Positions 26,300 to 35,353 of a stretch of 64,000 nt of DNA are shown one piece after another. Position 1 is the first letter of the stretch, and the number at the start of each line of letters is the position of its first letter. The notes below the pieces were generated by a model that saw nothing but the letters and a program-made list of their open reading frames with translations, was not told the origin of the DNA and did no database searches. Made by a program: the position numbers and the translations under genes. The stretch is from Acidimicrobiaceae bacterium (GTDB lineage Bacteria; Actinomycetota; Acidimicrobiia; Acidimicrobiales; RAAP-2): contig PLZW01000038.1 of NCBI GenBank assembly GCA_003153575.1, positions 805-64,804 of the forward strand. The letters run 5' to 3'.

Positions 26300-29110
26300 A
26301 TGAGCGGCGCCACCGAGGGCCGGCGACCGGGCCAGTCGGTGGTGAGCCGCCGCCAGCTGCTCGGATGGGGTCTGGCCGGGACGGCCGGACTGGTGGCGGC
26401 CGGCTGCTCGACTTCCGGAGTCGACGGGGCCGGCGCGGCGGACGGTCCCGGACCCCCGGGCCGGCTCACGGTCGACGGCCTCGTGCACCCGCTCGGTGTC
26501 GACGGTGCGGACGTGTGGTTCGCCTGGACGGTGCGGGACGCCCGCCGGGGAGCGAGCCAGAGTGCCCACCGGATCGTGGTCACCGGACCCCATGTCGGTA
26601 CCGGCGCCGGCCCCGTCGTCTGGGACAGCGGCCAGGTCGCCTCGGGCGAGCAGGCGTTCGTCCGCTACGGCGGTCCCGAGCTGGCCACCGATGCGGCCTT
26701 CCGGTGGACGGTCCAGACCTGGGATGGCGCCGGGCGCCCGGGTCCGACCTCGGCCCCGGCGGCATTCGAGACGAGCCTCGGCCCTGGCGATTGGATAGCC
26801 CGGTGGATCCGCCGGACCGCCGACCCGGTGGCCGAGCCCGACCAGTACACCTACGCCCGCACGGAGTTCACGCTGCCGCCCGGCGCGGTGACCCGGGCCC
26901 GGTTGTCCGTCTCGGCCGACCAGCAGTACGAGTTGTACGTGAACGGGGTCCGCGCCGGCAAGGGCCAGGCCTACAGCTACCCGGACACCACGTACTTCGA
27001 GACGCTCGACGTCACCGGGCTCCTCCGCCCCGGTGCGGCCAACGCCCTGGCCGTGGTGACCAACTGGCAGGGTCCGACCAAGGGCCACCCCGCCGGCCAG
27101 CCCGGCCTCCTCGTGCAGCTGGCCGCCCACCGGCCGGACGGCTCGGTGCACCGGGTGGCCACCGACGGCTCGTGGCGGGTGACGAAGGGCGCCTGGCTGC
27201 CGGGCAGCCAGCGCAACCTCGAGGGCGACCTGGTGGACCACACCGAGGTGATCGACGGCCCGGGGGTGCCGCAGGGTTGGCTGCTTCCCGGATTCGACGA
27301 CTCGGGCTGGTCGCCGCCCACGGTCCTCGGACGAGGACCATCGGAACCGTGGACGCGGCTGGTGCCGGTACGCACCCGCATCGTCGAGGTACCGCTCCCA
27401 CCAGTTTCGGTCACCACGCTGGCGTCGGGTTCGGTGGTCGCCGACTTCGGCGCCGTCGTGGCCGCCGTCCCCACGGTGCGGTTCCACCAGGGGGTGGTCG
27501 GGCGCACGGTGGCCATGCGGGCCGGCTACCTGCTCGACGAGCCGACGACCGACCAGCCGTTCACCGGGGTTCCCGGCCAGGTCTCGGTGGCCCACGGCAC
27601 CCAGCACACCGACATGAGCTACGGCTACGTCCAGCGGGGGGGCACCGAGGAGTTCCACCCCTTCGACTATCTCGGGTTCCGCTACTTCCAGGTCGACGGG
27701 GCCGGTGAGGTACTCGGGAGCGCCGACATCACCGCCCTGGCCCGGCACACCGCCTTGCCCGACCTGCCACCGGCCACCTTCACGTCGGACCAACCGGTGG
27801 TGGACGCCGTGTTCCGGCTCGGGATGCACTCGGCGGTCTTCACCGCCCAGGAGCAGTTCATCGACACGCCCACCCGGGAGAAGGGACCGTGGCTGTTCGA
27901 CGGCTTCAACGAGTCGTGCACGGCCATGGCCGCGGTCGGCGAACAGAATCTGACCCGGAAGTCGCTGCTCGAATTCGCCCAGTCGCAGGGGCGGTATTGG
28001 CCCAACGGGGCGGTCAACAAGATCTACCCGACCGGGCTCGGCGCCCTCGACATCAACGAGTTCACCGAGATCTACCCGGAGTGGGTCTGGCAGTACTGGC
28101 TGCACACCGGCGACACCGGTCTGCTCGCCGCCGTCTACGGCGTCCTGGTCCGCCTGGCGGGCTACGTGCTGCACGCCGTCTCCCCGACGACGGGTCTGGT
28201 GACGTCACTGCCGGCCACCAACGTGTACTACGACTTCCCGGTGGTCACCCGGTTGAACGTGCTCGGTGTCAACGTGTTCCAGCGGGTGGCCGACGTGGCG
28301 GCCGCGCTGGGTCGTCCGACCGCCGAGGTCGCGCTCCAGCGCCGGCGCCGGGACCGATTGGCAGCGGCGGTCAACCGCCTCCTCACCCGGCCCGACGGGA
28401 CCTTCGTGGACGGACTGGCCGCCGACGGCACACAGGAGTTGACGGCGTCGCAGACGGCCAACGCCTGCGCGGCCGCCTACGGGGTGGTACCGCACCGCCG
28501 CCTGGCGGCGGTGGCCGCCCTGGTGGCCAGCTCGGGCATGGAGGCTCCGCCCAACACCGCCGCCGAGGTCCTGCGCGCGTTGGACGTGGCCGGCCGCCAC
28601 GCCGACCTGGTCGTCCTGCTGACCGACGCCACGGGCGACGGCTGGGCCAACATCGTCGCCCGCGGGGCCACCTTCACCTGGGAGGTGTGGAACCCATCGG
28701 ACGCCAACGGGGACAGCATGTCCCACGGCTGGGGATCGAACGTCCTGGTCGAGATCGAGCGGGCCCTCCTGGGCGTCCGGCCCACCGGCCCGGGCTTCGC
28801 CACGTTCGCCGTGACGCCCCCGACCGGCGGTCTCGGCCGGGCCGCCGGCACCGTACCGACACCACGGGGGACGGTGTCGGTGTCGTGGGTCCGCAATGCA
28901 GGAGGGGGACCGTTCCAACTGGATGTCGAGGTGCCCCCCAACTCGGTGGCGGAAGTGACCGTGCCCGCCGGCCGGCCCCAGGATGTGACCGAGGGCGGCC
29001 GGCCCATCGACCGGGCGGCCGGGGTCCGTCGGATCGCAGTGGCCGACGGTGCAACCCGGATCGAGATCGGCTCCGGCGCCTACCGGTTCCAGTCCCGGTC
29101 CCCCGGCTGA
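26300..29110 (+). CDS. GH78 alpha-L-rhamnosidase family protein with a Tat-type signal and a lipobox-like Cys
   Basis: ORF 26162..29110 trimmed to ATG 26300. The N-terminus is MSGATEGRRPGQSVVSRRQLLGWGLAGTAGLVAAGCS. GH78 N-terminal features follow (VWFAWTV, SQSAHRIVV, FRWTVQTWD). Confidence 0.88.
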   Translation: MSGATEGRRPGQSVVSRRQLLGWGLAGTAGLVAAGCSTSGVDGAGAADGPGPPGRLTVDGLVHPLGVDGADVWFAWTVRDARRGASQSAHRIVVTGPHVGTGAGPVVWDSGQVASGEQAFVRYGGPELATDAAFRWTVQTWDGAGRPGPTSAPAAFETSLGPGDWIARWIRRTADPVAEPDQYTYARTEFTLPPGAVTRARLSVSADQQYELYVNGVRAGKGQAYSYPDTTYFETLDVTGLLRPGAANALAVVTNWQGPTKGHPAGQPGLLVQLAAHRPDGSVHRVATDGSWRVTKGAWLPGSQRNLEGDLVDHTEVIDGPGVPQGWLLPGFDDSGWSPPTVLGRGPSEPWTRLVPVRTRIVEVPLPPVSVTTLASGSVVADFGAVVAAVPTVRFHQGVVGRTVAMRAGYLLDEPTTDQPFTGVPGQVSVAHGTQHTDMSYGYVQRGGTEEFHPFDYLGFRYFQVDGAGEVLGSADITALARHTALPDLPPATFTSDQPVVDAVFRLGMHSAVFTAQEQFIDTPTREKGPWLFDGFNESCTAMAAVGEQNLTRKSLLEFAQSQGRYWPNGAVNKIYPTGLGALDINEFTEIYPEWVWQYWLHTGDTGLLAAVYGVLVRLAGYVLHAVSPTTGLVTSLPATNVYYDFPVVTRLNVLGVNVFQRVADVAAALGRPTAEVALQRRRRDRLAAAVNRLLTRPDGTFVDGLAADGTQELTASQTANACAAAYGVVPHRRLAAVAALVASSGMEAPPNTAAEVLRALDVAGRHADLVVLLTDATGDGWANIVARGATFTWEVWNPSDANGDSMSHGWGSNVLVEIERALLGVRPTGPGFATFAVTPPTGGLGRAAGTVPTPRGTVSVSWVRNAGGGPFQLDVEVPPNSVAEVTVPAGRPQDVTEGGRPIDRAAGVRRIAVADGATRIEIGSGAYRFQSRSPG

Positions 29111-29210
29111 GGTGAAAGGGCTGAGGTGCAGTGAAGAGGGGAGCCGGGGCCCGCGGCAGCGGGGCCGGTCGGGGGCCGCGGTGCCATACTGAGCCGATGC
29201 GCCGGACCGG

Positions 29211-30728
29211 ATGGGCCGTGGGGTATCGGACGTGAGCCCCGATCGGACGGGGTCGGTTGAGCTTCCCGAGGGCTTCCTCTTCGGGGTGGCCACGGCCGGG
29301 TTCCAGGTCGAGGGGGGCTACAACGGTCCGGGCGAGCCGGCCAACAACTGGGCGCGCTGGGAGGCCGGCGGTCGGATCGAGCCCTCCGGGAACGCGTGCG
29401 ACTTCTGGCTGCACCCCGAAGAGGCCCTCGACCGGGCTGCCGCCATGGGGTGCGACGCCTTCCGGCTGTCGGTCGAGTGGGCCCGGCTCGAGCCCGAGGA
29501 GGGCAGTTTCGACGACGGCGCCCTGGACGGCTACGTCCGGATCCTGGACGCCTGCCACGAACGCGGGCTCGAACCGATCGTCAGCCTGCACCACTTCACC
29601 CATCCGGCGTGGCTGGGCGAGGAGTTCTGGCTGGACGCGGATGCACCGGAGCGGTTCGCCGCCCACGTGCAGCGGATCGTCCCCTCTCTGGCCGGCCGTT
29701 GCCACAAGTGGATAACGATCAACGAGCCCAACATCGTGGCCCTCATGGGGTGGGTGACCGGCGCCTGCCCGCCCGGTCGGAGCCGGGCCTTCGACGAGGC
29801 CTTCGCGGTACTCGACAGTCTGTTGACCGCACATGTACTGGCCTACCGGGCCGTCCACGCCGTGCAGCCCGACGCCCTGGTGTCGGTCAATACCAGTTCG
29901 TCGTCGATCTACGAGCACGACAGGCTCCTGACCGACCTGCTCACGGCCCGACAGGCCGGGGTGGACCGTGGTGACATCGACGCGTGGATCGACGGACGGC
30001 GAAGCCTCCACAACGAGCGGATTCCCGCAGAAGGTCGCGGTGAGCGGATGCTGCGCGGGTTGTTCGCCGCCGCCTGCCCCTACGGCGGGCAGCCGTCGGG
30101 ATCCCCCGTCGTCTCCCGCCTGCGGCCCCGCCTCCGGCGGCACGCGCCGCGCCGGGTGCTGGAGGCCGTCTACGCCGGCGACGACCCCCGGCCCCTCGAC
30201 GCGACGGGTTTCGACTGGTACGACCCGGTGGCCAGCCACTCCGTCCGGGCCCCCGGCCACGAGACCTCCGGTGGTCGATGGTGGGAGCCGTCGCGGGCCA
30301 TCTGGGACGTCTGTGCCGACCCGGCCGGGATGACCCGCTGGTGCCAGGACCAGTACGAGCTGTTGCCGGGACTGCCGCTGTGGATCGTGGAGAACGGACT
30401 GTGCAACCGGGTCCGCAACGGCCGGTCGTATCCGCGGCCCGACGGGTGGGACCGTCCCCGCTACCTGGCCGAGCACGTGTCGGCGGTGGTGGACGCCGTA
30501 GCCGCCGGGGTGCCGGTCACTGCCTACCTCCACTGGTCGCTGGTCGACAACTACGAGTGGGGATCGTACGAACCCCGGTTCGGCATCTTCGGCATCGACC
30601 GGAACCGCGGCCCCCGGGGGTTCCGTTGGTTGGACACCGATGCCGACGGAAAGGACTCGGCCGCCGCCTACCGGCGGCTCATCACCTGGGCCCGGGACGG
30701 GGCCGAGGGGCCGGCGCCGACGTCGTGA
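29211..30728 (+). CDS. GH1 beta-glucosidase family protein
   Basis: Motifs: FLFGVATAGFQVEGG, acid/base WITINEPN, nucleophile LWIVENG. Confidence 0.9.
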   Translation: MGRGVSDVSPDRTGSVELPEGFLFGVATAGFQVEGGYNGPGEPANNWARWEAGGRIEPSGNACDFWLHPEEALDRAAAMGCDAFRLSVEWARLEPEEGSFDDGALDGYVRILDACHERGLEPIVSLHHFTHPAWLGEEFWLDADAPERFAAHVQRIVPSLAGRCHKWITINEPNIVALMGWVTGACPPGRSRAFDEAFAVLDSLLTAHVLAYRAVHAVQPDALVSVNTSSSSIYEHDRLLTDLLTARQAGVDRGDIDAWIDGRRSLHNERIPAEGRGERMLRGLFAAACPYGGQPSGSPVVSRLRPRLRRHAPRRVLEAVYAGDDPRPLDATGFDWYDPVASHSVRAPGHETSGGRWWEPSRAIWDVCADPAGMTRWCQDQYELLPGLPLWIVENGLCNRVRNGRSYPRPDGWDRPRYLAEHVSAVVDAVAAGVPVTAYLHWSLVDNYEWGSYEPRFGIFGIDRNRGPRGFRWLDTDADGKDSAAAYRRLITWARDGAEGPAPTS

Positions 30729-30817
30729 CGCGCCACCCGGCGCCCGGGAGGGGTGCTGGGTAGAGTGCTCGGCATGACCGTGCACGTTGTCCGGACACCG
30801 CGGGGCAGCTGAACGCC

Positions 30818-32167
30818 GTGCAGATCACCATCGTCGGGGGCGGCAGCTACCAGTGGACGCCGGAGTTGCTCGCCGACCTGTTGGGCACCGAGTCCCTGCG
30901 AGGCGCGCGCGTGGTCCTGGAGGACGTCGATCCGGCACCGTTGACCAAGATGGAGGCGCTGGGTCGCAAACTCGACGAGGCCATGGGGTCGGGGTGCAGC
31001 ATCGTCACCACCACCGACCAGCGTCGGGCGCTCGAGGGCGCCGACTTCGTGATCGTGACCATCTCCACCGGGGGCTTCGACTCCATGGAGGTCGACATCG
31101 ACGTGCCCGCCCGCTACGGCATCCGTCAGTCGGTGGGGGACACGGTGGGCCCGGGTGGGATCAACCGCTCGCTGCGCAACGTCCCGGTGCTGGTGGGGCT
31201 GGCCCGCGACATGGCCGAGGTGTGCCCCGACGCCTGGATGCTCAACATCACCAATCCGATGACCTGCCTGACCCGGGCCGTGTGCCGGGAGACGCCGGTC
31301 CGGGCGGTCGGTCTGTGCCACGAGGTCGGCAACTGGACGATGGACCTGGCCATCGCCCGGGGTCGACCGGCCGAGTCCGTACGGGCCACCGTGGCCGGGG
31401 TCAACCACCTGCCGATCGTCACCGAGCTGACCGTCGACGGCGATGACGGGTTCGCCATCCTCGAGGAGATGGTGGCCGAGGCCGGTGGACTGGACGCCCT
31501 GGCCGACCGGGAGGGCCAGGCAGAGGCCGAGCCCTTCTCCCATCTCGACTTCGTCCGCCGCCACGTCCTCGCGCTCACGTTCCTGGACCGGTTCGGCGCG
31601 CTACCGGCCGCCGGCGACCGCCACGTCGCCGAGTTCGTGCCCTGGGCGCTTACCGAGTCGTCCGCCTGGGGCGCGGCGTACAACGTCGAGCTGACGCCCA
31701 TGTCCGACCGGCGTGCCCACCAGGCCGGGTACATCGCCGATGTCGACGCCTGGGTGGCCGGGACGAAGGACCTCCAGACCTGGGCCTCGGGGGAGCTGCC
31801 CGCCCTGGTCATCGACTCGCTCGTGACCGGTACGCCCCGCGAGCTGCCGGTCAACATCCCCAATGCCGGCCAGGTGCCGGACGTGCCCGACGACGCGGTG
31901 GTCGAGTCGATCTGTGTGGTCGACGAGAAGGGGATCCGCGGACGCGACCGGGCCGTCCTGCCGGCCGCGTTGGCCGAGCTGGTCCGTCGGCACGCGGCGG
32001 TCACCGAGCTGACGTTGGATGCCGCCCTGTCCGGGGACCCGGGACTGGCCTCTTCGGCCTTCCTGCTCGACCCGTTGGCCGGACGCGGGGACCTGCACCG
32101 GACCGAGGCGATGGCCACCGAGCTCCGGGTCGGCACCGCCAGGTGGCTGCCGCAGTTCGCCGCATGA
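30818..32167 (+). CDS. GH4 family NAD/Mn-dependent glycosidase
   Basis: GTG start giving VQITIVGGGSYQW. Motifs: NITNPM, GLCHEV. Confidence 0.88.
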   Translation: MQITIVGGGSYQWTPELLADLLGTESLRGARVVLEDVDPAPLTKMEALGRKLDEAMGSGCSIVTTTDQRRALEGADFVIVTISTGGFDSMEVDIDVPARYGIRQSVGDTVGPGGINRSLRNVPVLVGLARDMAEVCPDAWMLNITNPMTCLTRAVCRETPVRAVGLCHEVGNWTMDLAIARGRPAESVRATVAGVNHLPIVTELTVDGDDGFAILEEMVAEAGGLDALADREGQAEAEPFSHLDFVRRHVLALTFLDRFGALPAAGDRHVAEFVPWALTESSAWGAAYNVELTPMSDRRAHQAGYIADVDAWVAGTKDLQTWASGELPALVIDSLVTGTPRELPVNIPNAGQVPDVPDDAVVESICVVDEKGIRGRDRAVLPAALAELVRRHAAVTELTLDAALSGDPGLASSAFLLDPLAGRGDLHRTEAMATELRVGTARWLPQFAA

Positions 32168-32196
32168 CGCCGGCTGCCGCTCCGGGAGAGGACTCC

Positions 32197-33105
32197 ATGC
32201 GACTCGGCTTCATCGGGCTCGGGGCCATGGGCCTCCCCATGACTCGGCACCTGCTCGAGGCCGGTCACCAGGTGACAGTGGCCTCGCGCAGCCGGGGGCC
32301 GATCGACCGGGCCGTCTCGCTCGGGGCGACCGAGGGTGCTGGGCCGGCCGCCGTGGCCGGTGGCGCCGATGTCGTCTTCCTCTGTGTGCCCAGCTCCCCG
32401 CAGGTGGCCGAGGTGGTGACCGCCATGCTCCCCGACCTCGGTCCGGGCAAGGTCGTGGTCGACTGCTCCACCATCGATCCCGAGGTGGAACGTCGCCAGC
32501 ACGACCTGGTGACGGCCACCGGAGCCGGATTCCTCGAGGCACCGCTGTCCGGAGGCACGGCCGGGGCCGAGGCGGGCACGCTCACCTTGATGGTCGGAGG
32601 CGACGAGGTGACCCTCGAGCAGGTCCGACCGGCCATGGACCCCTTCGCCGGACGGATCATCCATGTCGGCGGGCCGGGCATGGGCCAGGTAGTCAAGCTC
32701 TGCAACAACCTGATCTACGCCGCGCAGATGCTGGCCACCGCCGAGGCCACCGCCCTGGCCGTCAAATCCGGGGTCGACCCGGGCAAGCTCCACGAGGTGC
32801 TGTCCAACGCCACCGGCGACTGCGTGGCCGTGCGCACCCGGCTCCCGGTACCCGGGGTGCTCCCGGCCAGCCCCGCCTCCAACGGCTGGCAGCCGGGATT
32901 CATGACCGACCTGATGGCAAAGGACCTCGACCTGGCCCTGGCCTACGGGGTGGACGTCGGGGTGCCCCTCGCCTCGACGGCGGTCGCCCGTCAGGTGCTC
33001 ACCGCGGCGTCGGTGGCGGGGTACGGCCGGGAGGACTTCTCGTCGCTGGCCAAGGTGGTCTTCGCCCTCTCGGGTATCGCCGGGAACGGCGGGGGGGAGG
33101 GGTGA
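32197..33105 (+). CDS. NAD(P)-dependent 3-hydroxyisobutyrate/tartronate-semialdehyde reductase-like dehydrogenase
   Basis: ORF 32143..33105. ATG 32197 has a GGGAG SD 8 nt upstream and gives MRLGFIGLGAMG. ATG 32164 (ATGA overlap with GH4) is an alternative start. Confidence 0.88.
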   Translation: MRLGFIGLGAMGLPMTRHLLEAGHQVTVASRSRGPIDRAVSLGATEGAGPAAVAGGADVVFLCVPSSPQVAEVVTAMLPDLGPGKVVVDCSTIDPEVERRQHDLVTATGAGFLEAPLSGGTAGAEAGTLTLMVGGDEVTLEQVRPAMDPFAGRIIHVGGPGMGQVVKLCNNLIYAAQMLATAEATALAVKSGVDPGKLHEVLSNATGDCVAVRTRLPVPGVLPASPASNGWQPGFMTDLMAKDLDLALAYGVDVGVPLASTAVARQVLTAASVAGYGREDFSSLAKVVFALSGIAGNGGGEG

Positions 33106-33884
33106 CGGGCCCCGGTCCGCCGCCGGCTCCGGCCGGCCTCGTGCCGCCGTCGATCATCCTGGCGGCCGACCACCGCGCCCGCGGGGTGGCCACCATCGAG
33201 CGGTACGCCGACTACCTGGCCGCGGTCTCGGCGGCACTGGCGCACTGCGACGGAGTCCTGGCCACCGCCCAGCCCCTGGGCGACCTGGCCGCGGCCGGGG
33301 CCATCGGCCCGGGACAGCGCACGTATCTGTCGCTCAACCGGACCGGGCTGGCCGGCTCGGCCTTCGAACTCGACGACCGGCTGGTGGCCAGTGTCGAGCG
33401 GGCCGCCCGCGACGGGTGGACCGGGGTCAAGTTGATGACCCGGATCGCCACCGACGACCCCGGAGGGGCGGCCGCCCTCGAACTGCTCGGCCGGGTCCTC
33501 GAAGAAGCTCGGGCCGTCGGCCTCGAGGCACTGGTCGAGCCGGTCCGGTGGCGGGACGGGACCATGTCCCGGGCGACCGACGACGTGGTCCTCGCCGCCG
33601 TCATCGCCCACGACCTCGGCGCCCCGTTGCTCAAGGTGCCCGTGCCCGATGCCGTCCCCGGGACGGCGCGGGCGGAGGCGGTCCGGCGCGTGGTGGACAG
33701 CGTGGGCGTCCCGGTCCTCTTCCTCGGCGGGCCGCGCCGGGACGCGACCGGGGACGCCGCGTCGTTGGCCCACGACGTCATGGACGGCGGTGGTGCCGGC
33801 CTGGCCGTCGGACGGTTGGTGATCGAGGACCCGGACCCGGCCGGTATGGCCGAACGTCTCGCCGCCGTCGTCCACGACCGGTGA
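33102..33884 (+). CDS. Class I aldolase-type TIM-barrel protein (DeoC/FbaB-like; possibly the Cgl0159-like family)
   Basis: Tail of ORF 32019..33884 starting at GTG 33102 (GTGA overlap, GGGGGGGAGGG SD). Motifs: IILAADHRARG, GVKLMTRI, LVEP, LKVPVP. Confidence 0.65.
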   Translation: MTGPGPPPAPAGLVPPSIILAADHRARGVATIERYADYLAAVSAALAHCDGVLATAQPLGDLAAAGAIGPGQRTYLSLNRTGLAGSAFELDDRLVASVERAARDGWTGVKLMTRIATDDPGGAAALELLGRVLEEARAVGLEALVEPVRWRDGTMSRATDDVVLAAVIAHDLGAPLLKVPVPDAVPGTARAEAVRRVVDSVGVPVLFLGGPRRDATGDAASLAHDVMDGGGAGLAVGRLVIEDPDPAGMAERLAAVVHDR

Positions 33885-35353
33885 TCCTCACCTTCGACCT
33901 CGGCACCACCGTCACCAAGGCGGCGTTGTGGGATCGGAACGGGATGGTCGGCCTGGCCGAGATCGGCATCGTGACCGACCATCCGGCACCCGGGTGGGCG
34001 GAGCAGGACCCGACGCAGTGGTGGGCGTCCACGGTCGAGGCGTGCGGCCGGCTGGCCGGCGAGACGTCGCAAGGGCTCGACAGGGTCACGGCCATCGGGT
34101 GCACCGGGGCCCGCCAGACCTTCGGCCTGTTCGACGCCGGCGGCGGGCCGCTCGGACCCGGCATCCTGTGGGCGGATCGACGGGACCTCGGCGACGCCGG
34201 CGGGGGTCCATCGAGGTGGCTCGACGACGTCGACGACGCATCGGGAACCCCTCCCGACGGCGGTTCGGTGCCGGCCAAACTGGCGTGGACGGCACGCCAC
34301 CGGCCGACCGACTGGGAGCGCACCGCCTGGGTCCTCGCTCCCCGCGACCTCGTCGTGTGGCGCCTGACCGGCCGGCCGGTCACCGATCCCACCCTGGCCT
34401 CGTGCTCGGGCCTCTACGACGCCGACGGACAGATTGCCGGGTCTCACGAGCACATGGCCGACCGGCTCCCGGCGGTGGTGCCTTCGGGTGAGGTGACCGG
34501 TGAACTCGGTCGGGAGGCGGCGGATGCGCTCGGGCTCGGAAGCGGCCTCCCGGTGGTGGTCGGCGCCGGCGACCGGGCCTGCGAAGTCCTCGGGACCGGG
34601 GCGACGCCGACGGGACCCATGGTCAGCTGGGGTACGACAGCCAACGTCTCACTGCCCATCGAGGATCCTCCGCCCGGTCGGGGGCACCTGGTCGTCACCC
34701 GGGCGGCCGACGGGGGGTGGCTGCTCGAGGGCGGGCTCTCGGGGGCGGGCTCGTTGCTGGCCTGGCTGGGCACGGTGTGCGGGCACTCGCCGGCCGAGCT
34801 CGCCACCCTGGCCGCGGCGTGCCCTCCCGGCGCCCGCGGTGTCACCGCCGCCCCCTGGATGGACGGAGCCCGGGCCCCCTGGTGGCGACCAGACGCCGCC
34901 GCCGCCTTCGTCGGCCTGAGCGGCGCCCACGGCCCCACCGAGTTGGCCCGGGCCGTCTTCGAGGCGGTGGCCCGGGACGTGGTCCGCTGCTTGGCGGTGG
35001 CGGGGGAGTGCCGACCCTCCGTCCCTCCGCCCGCGGTACTCCACCTGGCCGGTGCCGGTGCATCGGCACCGGTCTGGCAGGACGTGCTGTCCGGGATCTC
35101 CGGTCTCCCCGTCGACCGGCGTCGCTCGGGCCAGGCGGCCTCCGCCGGTGCCGCCCTCCTGACTGCGGGCGCGGTCGGCGACGGGTGGGATCTGGACCGG
35201 CTCGACCCGGTGGTGGAGCGGTCGACACCCGATCCCGCCATCGTCGAGCAGTACGACAGGCTTCGCGACGGTGCCGACCACGTGGCGGCCACCCTGGTCG
35301 AGCTGGGGACTGCCGGACCGGTGGGATCGACGGGACCGTCGACGTGTTGGTGA
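33881..35353 (+). CDS. FGGY family carbohydrate kinase
   Basis: Tail of ORF 33416..35353 starting at GTG 33881 (GTGA overlap). Motifs: ILTFDLGTTVTKAALWD, HPAPGWAEQDP. Confidence 0.85.
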   Translation: MILTFDLGTTVTKAALWDRNGMVGLAEIGIVTDHPAPGWAEQDPTQWWASTVEACGRLAGETSQGLDRVTAIGCTGARQTFGLFDAGGGPLGPGILWADRRDLGDAGGGPSRWLDDVDDASGTPPDGGSVPAKLAWTARHRPTDWERTAWVLAPRDLVVWRLTGRPVTDPTLASCSGLYDADGQIAGSHEHMADRLPAVVPSGEVTGELGREAADALGLGSGLPVVVGAGDRACEVLGTGATPTGPMVSWGTTANVSLPIEDPPPGRGHLVVTRAADGGWLLEGGLSGAGSLLAWLGTVCGHSPAELATLAAACPPGARGVTAAPWMDGARAPWWRPDAAAAFVGLSGAHGPTELARAVFEAVARDVVRCLAVAGECRPSVPPPAVLHLAGAGASAPVWQDVLSGISGLPVDRRRSGQAASAGAALLTAGAVGDGWDLDRLDPVVERSTPDPAIVEQYDRLRDGADHVAATLVELGTAGPVGSTGPSTCW

